A stretch of 15,708 nucleotides of DNA, taken from positions 1 to 15,708 of the forward strand of contig JABXKD010000081.1 of the NCBI GenBank assembly GCA_013375475.1, read 5' to 3'. The translations under genes and the position numbers were made by a program. The stretch is from Promethearchaeota archaeon (GTDB taxonomy: Archaea; Asgardarchaeota; Lokiarchaeia; Sigyniarchaeales; SOKP01). Of this stretch, positions 1-7,432 are shown piece after piece. Below the pieces are notes generated by a model, which was given only the letters and a program-made list of their open reading frames with translations, did no database searches and was not told the origin of the DNA. Positions within the stretch are counted from its first letter, which is position 1. Each line of letters opens with the position of its first letter.

Positions 1-366
1 ATCTTTTTCAACACCACTAGTCTCTGAGTATTGTTTTGCTAAATTGAGAAGTCCCCAGTAATTCTTTTTATCGTAAATTTGGATCAAGGCTTCTCCTATT
101 CGAAAGACACACCAGACAATTCCAAGTATTATGTTATATTCACTAAAAGCAATAAACAACGTTATAGCAAGAGAAATTATGCCAAGGTGCTCTATGAGGA
201 TTAAAACTACGCTTATTTTAAATTTTGTTGGATTTTTGCTAATTATTTGTAGTTTAGCGTTTAAGTCAACATCACCAAATGTTTTATAACCAAAAAAACC
301 ACTTGCAAAGTTTGTAATTATAATAAACAGAAAGAAAAATCCAGACAACCAGGTTTCGACACTCAA
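1..366 (-). CDS. DUF4386-like membrane protein, N-terminal part (runs off the window edge)
   Basis: Not in the ORF track. Manual translation from TTG at 366, with GGTGG just upstream: MSVETWLSGFFFLFIIITNFASGFFGYKTFGDVDLNAKLQIISKNPTKFKISVVLILIEHLGIISLAITLFIAFSEYNIILGIVWCVFRIGEALIQIYDKKNYWGLLNLAKQYSETSGVEKD. The frame is open to base 1. The hydrophobic helices and the FRIGE motif resemble DUF4386. Confidence 0.75.
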   Translation of the reverse strand, partial: MSVETWLSGFFFLFIIITNFASGFFGYKTFGDVDLNAKLQIISKNPTKFKISVVLILIEHLGIISLAITLFIAFSEYNIILGIVWCVFRIGEALIQIYDKKNYWGLLNLAKQYSETSGVEKD

Positions 367-446
367 AGAGAACCCACCAATATATTCTTTACTTTTTTCA
401 CTATTTTAATATCCATAAAATTCCATTTTATCACTAATTGATAGCA

Positions 447-812
447 TTAAAGAAATTGAGTCCATGCATACCAAATAGTCAGTACATTAAAAACCATGCT
501 TACAATGAGCAAAAAAATATCATAAGCCTTATAGCCCTTTATTCCAGCGAGGTTGAACACGATAAAGAAACCAGCTACGATAATGTTTACCCAGCTATTC
601 ACAGGAACATCCAAAGTAATGGATAGGACAACCATAACAATCGGAACCACCATTATTACTGCCATTCCAAAATACATTTTATGAGACACAGGCTTACCAT
701 CTATTTCTCCAGATTTAAAATCCCCTGCATATATTCGCAGAACATCACCTAACAAAAAAGTTAGCATTACTGCAACCCATATGAATGAAAATATTATCTT
801 CACATCTTCCAT
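447..812 (-). CDS. DUF6326-like small 4-TM membrane protein
   Basis: 121 aa. The pattern 'IWVAVMLTFLLGDVLRIY...MVVPIVMVVLSITL...NSWVNII...IWYAW' is typical of DUF6326. It starts 7 nt after the MDR gene stop. Confidence 0.7.
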   Translation of the reverse strand: MEDVKIIFSFIWVAVMLTFLLGDVLRIYAGDFKSGEIDGKPVSHKMYFGMAVIMVVPIVMVVLSITLDVPVNSWVNIIVAGFFIVFNLAGIKGYKAYDIFLLIVSMVFNVLTIWYAWTQFL

Positions 813-819
813 AATTTTA

Positions 820-1758
820 TCACACCCTCTCAGTTTTTACAGTTATTGCTACATTACCCTTTTTGTGCCCTTCATCAACATAGCTATGGGCTTCCGCAGT
901 TTTCTCTAAAGGATAACTCTTGTCTATTACTGGCTTTAACTTCCCCGCCTCAAAAAGTTCTCCTAAGAAAACTAAATCTTCCGCTTTTTCTTGATATGTT
1001 CCTTTTAAAACGGTTAAATAGGTCCCGTTCGGAGCTAGTGCTTTTTTGCAGGCTGAAGGAGAGGCTTTTCCAACGGCATCAAAGACGAGATCATACTGTT
1101 CTCCACTTTCGTTAAAACTCTCTTTAGTGTAATCTATTACCTTATCTGCTCCTAAAGATTTCACCAGTTCTAAATTCATACCGCTGCACACACCGGTGAC
1201 TTCTGCTCCAAAGTACTTAGCAAGCTGTACCGCATACGTACCGTTACTTCCAGATGCTCCATAAATAAGCACTTTCTGCCCGCTCTGGATATTTCCTTTT
1301 CTTAGATAATTCAACGCCGTAGATCCACCAACAGGTAAGACTGCCGCTTCCTCAAATGACATAGTAGCTGGTTTAATTGCTACCATCCCTTTCTTCCATT
1401 CTTCAGGCAGACATATATACTCGGCATAAGCACCATCCCTCAATCCGGTGGTAGTTCCAAAAACTTGGTCGCCTTTCTTAAATAGTGTTACGTCTTTCCC
1501 TACGGATTCAATTTCCCCTGCAAGCTCATACCCTAATATTGGTCGTTTTGGCTTTTTGAGACCATACATTAATCGCAACGCGAAAGTATAAATTTTTTTG
1601 TCTGGGTGTCTTCCACTTCGAACTAACCTTGCGGAGTAACTTACTGACGACGCATATACTTTTATTAGTATTTCGTTTTCCTTGGGAGTAGGTTTTTCTA
1701 CCTCTTTGAGCTGAAGAACATCAGCTGGACCGTATTTTTCGTATACAATTGCTTTCAT
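820..1758 (-). CDS. NAD(P)-dependent medium-chain reductase (quinone oxidoreductase-like, Zn-independent MDR)
   Basis: [15 protein letters not shown] start, [14 protein letters not shown], nucleotide-binding [18 protein letters not shown], and GHKKGNV near the C-terminus. AGAGGA SD-like sequence at 1765-1770. Confidence 0.92.
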   Translation of the reverse strand: MKAIVYEKYGPADVLQLKEVEKPTPKENEILIKVYASSVSYSARLVRSGRHPDKKIYTFALRLMYGLKKPKRPILGYELAGEIESVGKDVTLFKKGDQVFGTTTGLRDGAYAEYICLPEEWKKGMVAIKPATMSFEEAAVLPVGGSTALNYLRKGNIQSGQKVLIYGASGSNGTYAVQLAKYFGAEVTGVCSGMNLELVKSLGADKVIDYTKESFNESGEQYDLVFDAVGKASPSACKKALAPNGTYLTVLKGTYQEKAEDLVFLGELFEAGKLKPVIDKSYPLEKTAEAHSYVDEGHKKGNVAITVKTERV

Positions 1759-1806
1759 AAATATTCCTCTTAATTTGATATTTTTTTATTTTTTTAGGTA
1801 ATATAG

Positions 1807-1814
1807 TATATAAA
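1807..1814 (-). promoter_or_regulatory. Putative archaeal TATA box for the MDR operon
   Basis: TTTATATA on the minus strand about 50 nt upstream of the ATG at 1758; matches the archaeal TTTAWATA consensus. Confidence 0.45.
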
Positions 1815-1834
1815 TTAAATATTATCTCCTATTG

Positions 1835-2019
1835 TTAAAAGAACAAAAGCCATACTCCGATGAGAATTTCAAATAAAATCGGCAACAGACCACCAACAGA
1901 CGACAAAAGCTCAAAGAATTTAATGTTAGGTTTAACAAGTTTCATAACATTACCTAAACCGACGGGAATGGTGGAAAAAATCCCTATCCATCCTATAAAT
2001 ACGGTACCACTTCATAGGT
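1835..2019 (-). pseudogene. C-terminal relic of a second DUF4386-like gene
   Basis: Reads TYEVVP/(1-nt frameshift)/FIGWIGIFSTIPVGLGNVMKLVKPNIKFFELLSSVGGLLPILFEILIGVWLLFF*, with TAA at 1835-1837. The 'VP..IGW.G' and 'FE...G.WLL' motifs are characteristic of the DUF4386 C-terminus. No N-terminal half is present. Confidence 0.7.
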
Positions 2020-2059
2020 TTTAGAAATATTTCATTCAATATAGATAACTATTTCTCTC

Positions 2060-2075
2060 AAAAAAAAAAAAAAAA
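2060..2075 (-). terminator. Oligo-T (T16) archaeal-type terminator
   Basis: A16 on the + strand, 20 nt downstream of the stop of the minus-strand gene ending at 2096. Confidence 0.55.
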
Positions 2076-2095
2076 TAAGATAAAATATTATTTAC

Positions 2096-2350
2096 TTAAT
2101 CCTTGCCCCGAATTAATTTAACCACAAATATTATAAGAAAAATAGCTCCGATTGTAACACATATAATCGGAATCACCTGAGTAATAATCCCGATAACTAA
2201 TCCTTCTGGTGTACTAATAGAATCTAAAAAATCCTGCCAACTTTCAATAGTAGGTGTAGTCCACCCTAATAACGGAGGTAGTACAAACATTGTTATTATA
2301 AAAATAACAACCAGAACTATTCCAATAATAAATGCTTTCCATTTTTTCAA
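2096..2350 (-). CDS. Small 2-TM hypothetical membrane protein (~84 aa)
   Basis: Two hydrophobic helices. The ORF-track GTG at 2359 lies inside a GAGGTG SD-like sequence, which is 6 nt upstream of the TTG at 2350, so TTG is the likelier start. Confidence 0.7.
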   Translation of the reverse strand: MKKWKAFIIGIVLVVIFIITMFVLPPLLGWTTPTIESWQDFLDSISTPEGLVIGIITQVIPIICVTIGAIFLIIFVVKLIRGKD

Positions 2351-2430
2351 ACAAAACACCTCTTGGTTTTTTTATTTTTTTTTGATTTGTAATTTTATTC
2401 ATAATAATAAAAAATTATTATTTCGACCTA

Positions 2431-2660
2431 TTATACGGTTTCATTATTAATTAAAAAATCTATAAAATTGTTGGTATAGTCTTTAATTTCTTCAAGAACT
2501 TCATCCGCTAATACTAATTCTGCTACGTTAAACTTTAAACATAGTACTGGGGGATATCATATTCACATGTTTCCATTAAAGGGATAGCTTGATTAATGAT
2601 AGATTCTAACTCTTGAAGGACTTCCTTTTCAACTTTTGGTATGTGAGAACTTTGGGACAT
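2431..2660 (-). pseudogene. Small acidic hypothetical gene interrupted by a frameshift (or a fused relic)
   Basis: ATG 2660 gives MSQSSHIPKVEKEVLQELESIINQAIPLMETCEYDIP and stops at 2535. The -1 frame from the C5 run (G5 at + 2549-2553) continues PVLCLKFNVAELVLADEVLEEIKDYTNNFIDFLINNETV* to TAA at 2431. Both parts look protein-like. Confidence 0.5.
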
Positions 2661-2775
2661 GGTAAACTCTATTAACAATAGTATTTATCCACTTTATATC
2701 TTCTCTATTCTTATCTCAAAAATGAGCATTATAAAATCTCAATAATTTTTAATGAAAAATTAATTTAAAATACCT

Positions 2776-3384
2776 ATGTTCATATTTCAAATTTTAGCAA
2801 TTTGTGGAATGCTTAGCCCCATCATCTATACAGCGATGTGGGTTATAATTGGAAGTAAACAATCAGGTTATAGCCACATTCGAGATGATATCAGTTCGCT
2901 TTTTGCTGTTGGTGCTCCTAATAGACGAGCAGCACAGTTATTTATAATTACAGAAAGTGTTTTGTTGTTTGTGTTCTTTTTAGGGCTACACTTTGGTATT
3001 AATGATGGTGGAGGTTCCATTGTTGGACCATTACTGCTTTTGATTAGTTCTATTCTAGGGATATTAATAGCTCTTTTCTTTCCGCTTGATGAAGGAGGAG
3101 AGTTTACTACATATAAAGGAAAAATGCATATTGCCCTTGTAGTCTTAATGGGATTATTAACTATTGCGGGAATGGTATTGCTTTGGCTTCGATTACAATT
3201 CGCTCCAATTTGGAGTGGTTTTGCTATTTTTTCTATTGTTTCAGCTATACTCTCATTAATTGGCGTAGTTATATCTACTATATTTGCTCAAGGGAAGTAT
3301 AGGGGAATAATCGAAAGAATTATGGTAACCCCATATCAGGTTTATTACTTCGTCCTTGCTCTTATGGTATTACTGGTTAACTAA
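2776..3384 (+). CDS. DUF998-family membrane protein
   Basis: GYSHIRDDISSLFAVGAP, FFPLD...GKMH and GIIERI motifs; about 5-6 TM helices. Confidence 0.85.
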   Translation: MFIFQILAICGMLSPIIYTAMWVIIGSKQSGYSHIRDDISSLFAVGAPNRRAAQLFIITESVLLFVFFLGLHFGINDGGGSIVGPLLLLISSILGILIALFFPLDEGGEFTTYKGKMHIALVVLMGLLTIAGMVLLWLRLQFAPIWSGFAIFSIVSAILSLIGVVISTIFAQGKYRGIIERIMVTPYQVYYFVLALMVLLVN

Positions 3385-3406
3385 TTTGTTATATTGAGGA
3401 AAACTT

Positions 3407-3418
3407 AAAAAAAAAAAA
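3407..3418 (-). terminator. Oligo-T (T12) terminator
   Basis: A12 on the + strand immediately after the stop of the 3420-4163 gene, in the gap between convergent genes. Confidence 0.55.
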
Positions 3419-3419
3419 T

Positions 3420-4163
3420 TTATTTTTCTCTTTTTTTCCACCAGCATGGAATGCCAAATTTAGTAAATTTGCCGTAATCAAGTAATAAAATGTGATCTTC
3501 CATTATAGAGAACGCGAAACCTCCCAGATAGTCTACCCAACGCTCGTCAGGTGGAAGGCCAAACCATCCAAATCTGAAAATCATTATATGAAAATCGTGA
3601 GTAACAAAAAGATTAATGCCACCCTGAGAGGTGTTATCTATTTGGTTCCAAATCCGTTCACCACTTCTCTTATAGAAGGGTTCTGCTGGAGGCCATAATT
3701 CTGGCGAATAAATCCCTGCTAAATAATTAAGGATCACTTGATAATTTTTATCGGAATTAAACTCGTCCAAATACGATTGCCCGTTTATTCCAATGCCATG
3801 TAAAGCAGTACATTCTCCAATAAGCTGCCCCAACCCGTTTACTTCTAAAAATCCATGGTATATTTTTTCAGCGGTTACCTTACAGCGGCTACGAGGGCTA
3901 TGAAATAATCGAACTGTCCTACTTCTTGGTAAGCCACTGCCTAAAAATTTAGCCATTTCTTCACCTAAAGGAGTTAATTCCATGTTTGTTCCTTCAAGAT
4001 CGCTTTCTTTAACCAATTTTGGTTCGTTTCTCTGGGAATGTCTCATTATTATAGTAATTTTTGATTGAGAGGGAAATTTATCTAGTCCTTTAATTAACTT
4101 CCTTGCTTGTTTCATCCAAGTGTTTTCTTCCCAGATTTTATTATTACTATTCTCTGACATCAT
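3420..4163 (-). CDS. Histidine phosphatase superfamily protein
   Basis: IIMRHSQR (RHG-like), HSPRSRCKVTA (SP..R...TA) and LFVTHD motifs. Confidence 0.85.
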   Translation of the reverse strand: MMSENSNNKIWEENTWMKQARKLIKGLDKFPSQSKITIIMRHSQRNEPKLVKESDLEGTNMELTPLGEEMAKFLGSGLPRSRTVRLFHSPRSRCKVTAEKIYHGFLEVNGLGQLIGECTALHGIGINGQSYLDEFNSDKNYQVILNYLAGIYSPELWPPAEPFYKRSGERIWNQIDNTSQGGINLFVTHDFHIMIFRFGWFGLPPDERWVDYLGGFAFSIMEDHILLLDYGKFTKFGIPCWWKKREK

Positions 4164-4202
4164 AAGTTTAAATCCTTTTTTGGTAGTATTTTAATATTAT
4201 TT

Positions 4203-4985
4203 TCAAGATTCTTTTTGACACGAGGGACAATAAAATCCATGTCGTCCAGAAACTTCATATCGAGTAATATCGCTCTTACAAATTGGACATTTCTCCTCCT
4301 TTTTGCGATGTGGAATTAGAAACTCGTTAGGGTAAGTGCTTAAATCTCCCTTTTTCTCTATTCCATATTCTAAAACATCAATAATATTACCGTACAATTC
4401 TTTTACTCTATTATCTCTTAAAGAATTAATATTAGTTCTCGGATGTATTTTTGATCTGAACAATATTTCATCGGAATATATATTTCCAACCCCAGCGATA
4501 AAGCTCTGATTGAGTAGGGCGTTTTTAGCAATAGCACTCCTTCTCTGTACAGCTTCATAGAATTCTTCAAAGGACATTTTGTATGCATCTGGTCCTAATT
4601 TTTTATTTTCAACGAATTTTCCAAAAGACTCAGCAATTGATACTTTGCCAAACATTCTAATAGATATATAAGCTAAGTTAAAGCCATTATTGAAATGGAA
4701 TATTACCTTGCTGAATTTAGGAGGATCATCCTTATTGTCGTAATAATCTAAATCTCCGCTCATACCAAAATGCATTACGAGAAATTTGGGGTTGAGATAA
4801 ACAAGTAAGTACTTTCCATGTCGTATTGACGATTCGAACATCTTTCCTATTATCGATTCTCTTAGATAACTCTCTTCCGTGTTTAATATTCTCTCATCCC
4901 TAACCTCAATGGCTTTAACCTGTTGGTTTAAGGATGTATCATCTAAGTATCGTTTGAATGTCTCTACTTCTGGAAGCTCTGGCAT
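4203..4985 (-). CDS. mutM: Formamidopyrimidine-DNA glycosylase / AP lyase (Fpg/Nei family)
   Basis: MPELPEVE N-terminus, RHGKYL, HFGMSG, H2TH motif AGVGNIYSDEILF, and C-terminal zinc finger CPIC...GRHGFYCPSCQ. Confidence 0.93.
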   Translation of the reverse strand: MPELPEVETFKRYLDDTSLNQQVKAIEVRDERILNTEESYLRESIIGKMFESSIRHGKYLLVYLNPKFLVMHFGMSGDLDYYDNKDDPPKFSKVIFHFNNGFNLAYISIRMFGKVSIAESFGKFVENKKLGPDAYKMSFEEFYEAVQRRSAIAKNALLNQSFIAGVGNIYSDEILFRSKIHPRTNINSLRDNRVKELYGNIIDVLEYGIEKKGDLSTYPNEFLIPHRKKEEKCPICKSDITRYEVSGRHGFYCPSCQKES

Positions 4986-5012
4986 GATCTTATAAATTTA
5001 ATCTGAATTCTT

Positions 5013-5399
5013 CTAAGCCATTATCGCTACTATAAAACAAAATATGGACGAAATTAGAGATAAAGGTGTCATAATGAGCTTTTCTTGCTTACTTTTTGAC
5101 ATTATGTTTAGCAATGTGTTAAACGCCAAATAAATTGCAATAATCCAAACGAAAACCAAGGTAAAAATTGGAATATTAAAAATGATTAATAATCCAGCTC
5201 GTTCTAATATAGCGATTGATGCTACAGTAAAAATTCCAATAGAAACAATGCTCATAATTCTCATGTTTGTAGGAAGCTTTTCATACTTTCCTCCAAAGGC
5301 TAGTTTACCCAATGGTAATCCAATCGCAAGTAATAACTGGATTACGCTTATCACAACAAAAATAGCAACTGCAATTATGGCAGCAATTAAAACAATCAT
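5013..5399 (-). CDS. Conserved hypothetical 4-TM membrane protein
   Basis: 128 aa and hydrophobic, with QLLLAIGLPLGKLAFGG...LP and N..SKS..EK..MTP motifs. It lies 27 nt upstream of fpg, so co-transcription is likely. Confidence 0.8.
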   Translation of the reverse strand: MIVLIAAIIAVAIFVVISVIQLLLAIGLPLGKLAFGGKYEKLPTNMRIMSIVSIGIFTVASIAILERAGLLIIFNIPIFTLVFVWIIAIYLAFNTLLNIMSKSKQEKLIMTPLSLISSIFCFIVAIMA

Positions 5400-5529
5400 T
5401 TCTAGTTTCCTTGTTAAATATTTACCTATTGAATATCAATTATTATGTTTCAAACTTTAAATAGTATAGCTACATAAGAATTATTAGTAATTGATTCAAC
5501 TTTGAAAAACTAAATTTATGTGAAAAATA

Positions 5530-6116
5530 ATGAGTAAAAAATATAGATTTAGCGCTTCTGATTTTACTGAAGGAAGGTCTGCTTACGGGGCCGTATTAGC
5601 TACGGCAGCTGCCGTACTCGGTTCAGACCTCGTGGTTGTCGCTCTTGCTTGGGATCATCCTCCTGAGGCGGGGGAATTGTCAATATTACATTTCTTATGA
5701 TGATTGCATTTGTATTTTTTGTTAATGTATTGCATTATATCATGAGAGCGGAATATTTAGTTACACGTTTAAGGTTAATTGAAAATAATGGAGAAACAAA
5801 AGAAAAAGTAGTCCAAGAACTCAACCGAATCTCAAGAATGTCTCGCTTCATGCATGTAGGGGGCTTACTTTTCACGATGATTGCTTTTTGGATTATTAGT
5901 TATAAATATTTGATCAGTATGCCTGGTGTAGGTTACCACCCTATTGTATTAGCACTTCCATTTATTCTATTCGTACTTTTCTGGGTTCCTAAATTAGTCG
6001 GGATAGAGAAAGAAGTTTCTGTCAAATCAAGGGAAACAATAATACAACTAATCATCGAGATTATATTTCTAATATATATCTGCTTAGATTTCTTTAAGGT
6101 TATAGCAATCTTCTAA
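5530..6116 (+). CDS. Multi-pass membrane protein (~195 aa) split by a frameshift at a G5 run
   Basis: ATG 5530 gives MSKKYRFSASDFTEGRSAYGAVLATAAAVLGSDLVVVALAWDHPPEAG and ends at TGA 5698. The frame of the 5697-6116 ORF is open only back to 5667 (GGGIVNITFLMMIAF). One extra G in 5670-5674 joins them as ...PPEAGGIVNITFLMM... Confidence 0.7.
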
Positions 6117-6155
6117 AATTTATACTAAACTACTTTTTATTTTTAACTGATTACG

Positions 6156-6566
6156 TTACAGTTTTTTCATATGCTCAACTGATTCAAGAATCAGCTCTCT
6201 CAAAACCTGTATATCTACATCCTTGAGTTTGTTAATATATAAACAAGACTTTCCTGTTTTGAATTTACCAAGGGATTCAAGAAGTTTTTCATACTTACCG
6301 AAACCCGACATTATGTATAAAGTTAGATTTTGTTTACGAGGCGAAAATCCCACTAAAGGCCAATCACCTTCCCGACCGCTCGCATATTTATAGCGATAAC
6401 TTCCAAATCCTACGATACTGTCCCCCCACATTACGGGTTCTTCCTTTGTAACTTCTTTCATTAATTCTAAAATCTTAAAACTATCCTCTCTTTTAGTTGG
6501 ATTTTCGACCTTCCTGAGAAATTGCTTGACACTATTCTTGGTTGGTTTTGTTTTTAACGCAGTCAT
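6156..6566 (-). CDS. DUF1801 (YdhG-like) domain protein
   Basis: Motifs LKTKPT, MWGDSIVGFGSYRYKYASGREGDW, GFSPRKQNLTLY and LGKFKTGKSCLYINKL. Confidence 0.9.
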   Translation of the reverse strand: MTALKTKPTKNSVKQFLRKVENPTKREDSFKILELMKEVTKEEPVMWGDSIVGFGSYRYKYASGREGDWPLVGFSPRKQNLTLYIMSGFGKYEKLLESLGKFKTGKSCLYINKLKDVDIQVLRELILESVEHMKKL

Positions 6567-6799
6567 AGAAAATATGGATGAACTATATTATTAAAATATT
6601 CTAATTATAGGATATAATTTCCACATCTATAATTTCTACTCAATGTTAGAGTTCAATTATTTAACACCCAAGTAAAGTTATTAGAAGTTTTTTTAATATA
6701 AAAATTTCTGTTGCAAAACCCTAAAGTGTTGAAAGAATTATAGTAAAAAATCATAAAGTATTCATAAATAATCATAAAAAAAAACAAAACAAAACAACT

Positions 6800-6922
6800 T
6801 TATGATTCCGCTAGAATATTATCTGCTAAATAAATGAGTGCCCCATAAATTTCTATTCTCGCATGCATTGTAGAATTTTCGTAATCGAAATCATCAGGAA
6901 ATCCAAACTTTTTAGGAAGATT
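6800..6922 (-). pseudogene. Internal fragment of a PhnB/VOC-like gene
   Basis: Reads NLPKKFGFPDDFDYENSTMHARIEIYGALIYLADNILAES*, in the +1 frame relative to the gene ending at 6912. 'MHA.I.I.G..I.LAD' is the PhnB/VOC signature. There is no start or N-terminus. Confidence 0.6.
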
Positions 6923-7382
6923 TTAGCCCGATTCGGCGACTACTTTCTTCTAATTTATAAATTAATAGGTTATCATCAATTAAATTCTCCCAACCATCTT
7001 CCTTTTTAAAACCATGGGCAGTGAGAAAATTTACCGAAAAATTTTCTTTTGCTTTATTGAATATCTGCTCAATAATCTCTTTGAGTATTTCTTTAGCTTT
7101 AATAAGAACTAATTTCCCTTGAATAGAAATAAAGTAATAAGAGCTTAAATCAGGTTCAAACTTCTCAATTGAAACGCAGACATTTTTATTCTTGCTTATT
7201 ATTTTCATTTTTTTCCCGTAATTTGTAAAATGAAAATAAAGTTGATCTTTAATATATATATATTGAAAAGGACAAATGTAGGGATATAAATCTTCAATAA
7301 AAGCGATTCTACATATGTTTTCATTATTTAATACTGATATTATTTCTTCTTCTGTCATATCAGGTAATTTTATTATATCCAT
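6912..7382 (-). CDS. Pyridoxamine 5'-phosphate oxidase-like flavin-binding protein (NimA-like split barrel)
   Basis: ICRIAF...YPYICPFQY...LYFH...GKKMKIISKNKNVCVSIE pattern. Confidence 0.85.
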   Translation of the reverse strand: MDIIKLPDMTEEEIISVLNNENICRIAFIEDLYPYICPFQYIYIKDQLYFHFTNYGKKMKIISKNKNVCVSIEKFEPDLSSYYFISIQGKLVLIKAKEILKEIIEQIFNKAKENFSVNFLTAHGFKKEDGWENLIDDNLLIYKLEESSRRIGLKSS

Positions 7383-7432
7383 ATTTAAATCTAGCTTAAT
7401 GTATTTTAATTAAGTTTCGAATAGTTTGAATA

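Noticed and set aside
406-426. ATG at 426 in frame with the DUF4386 gene but followed by TAA at codon 7 (possible readthrough)
   Set aside because: The TTG at 366 with a GGTGG SD explains the gene, and TAA is the normal stop throughout the window.
438-1115. Plus-strand ORFs 438-626 and 846-1115
   Set aside because: Antisense shadows of well-supported genes, with no motifs.
3492-5460. Plus-strand ORFs 3492-3698 and 5182-5460
   Set aside because: Antisense to the phosphatase and the membrane-protein gene; no independent evidence.
5698-5703. In-frame TGA as possible selenocysteine
   Set aside because: It is followed immediately by a second TGA, and the protein continues in a different frame. 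Other TAG/TGA stops checked also reach another stop soon after, so there is no sign of Sec or Pyl recoding.
6630-6651. TAATTTCTACTCAATGTTAGAG resembles a Cas12a repeat 3' end
   Set aside because: Single copy, stem interrupted by an extra T, no spacers and no cas genes.
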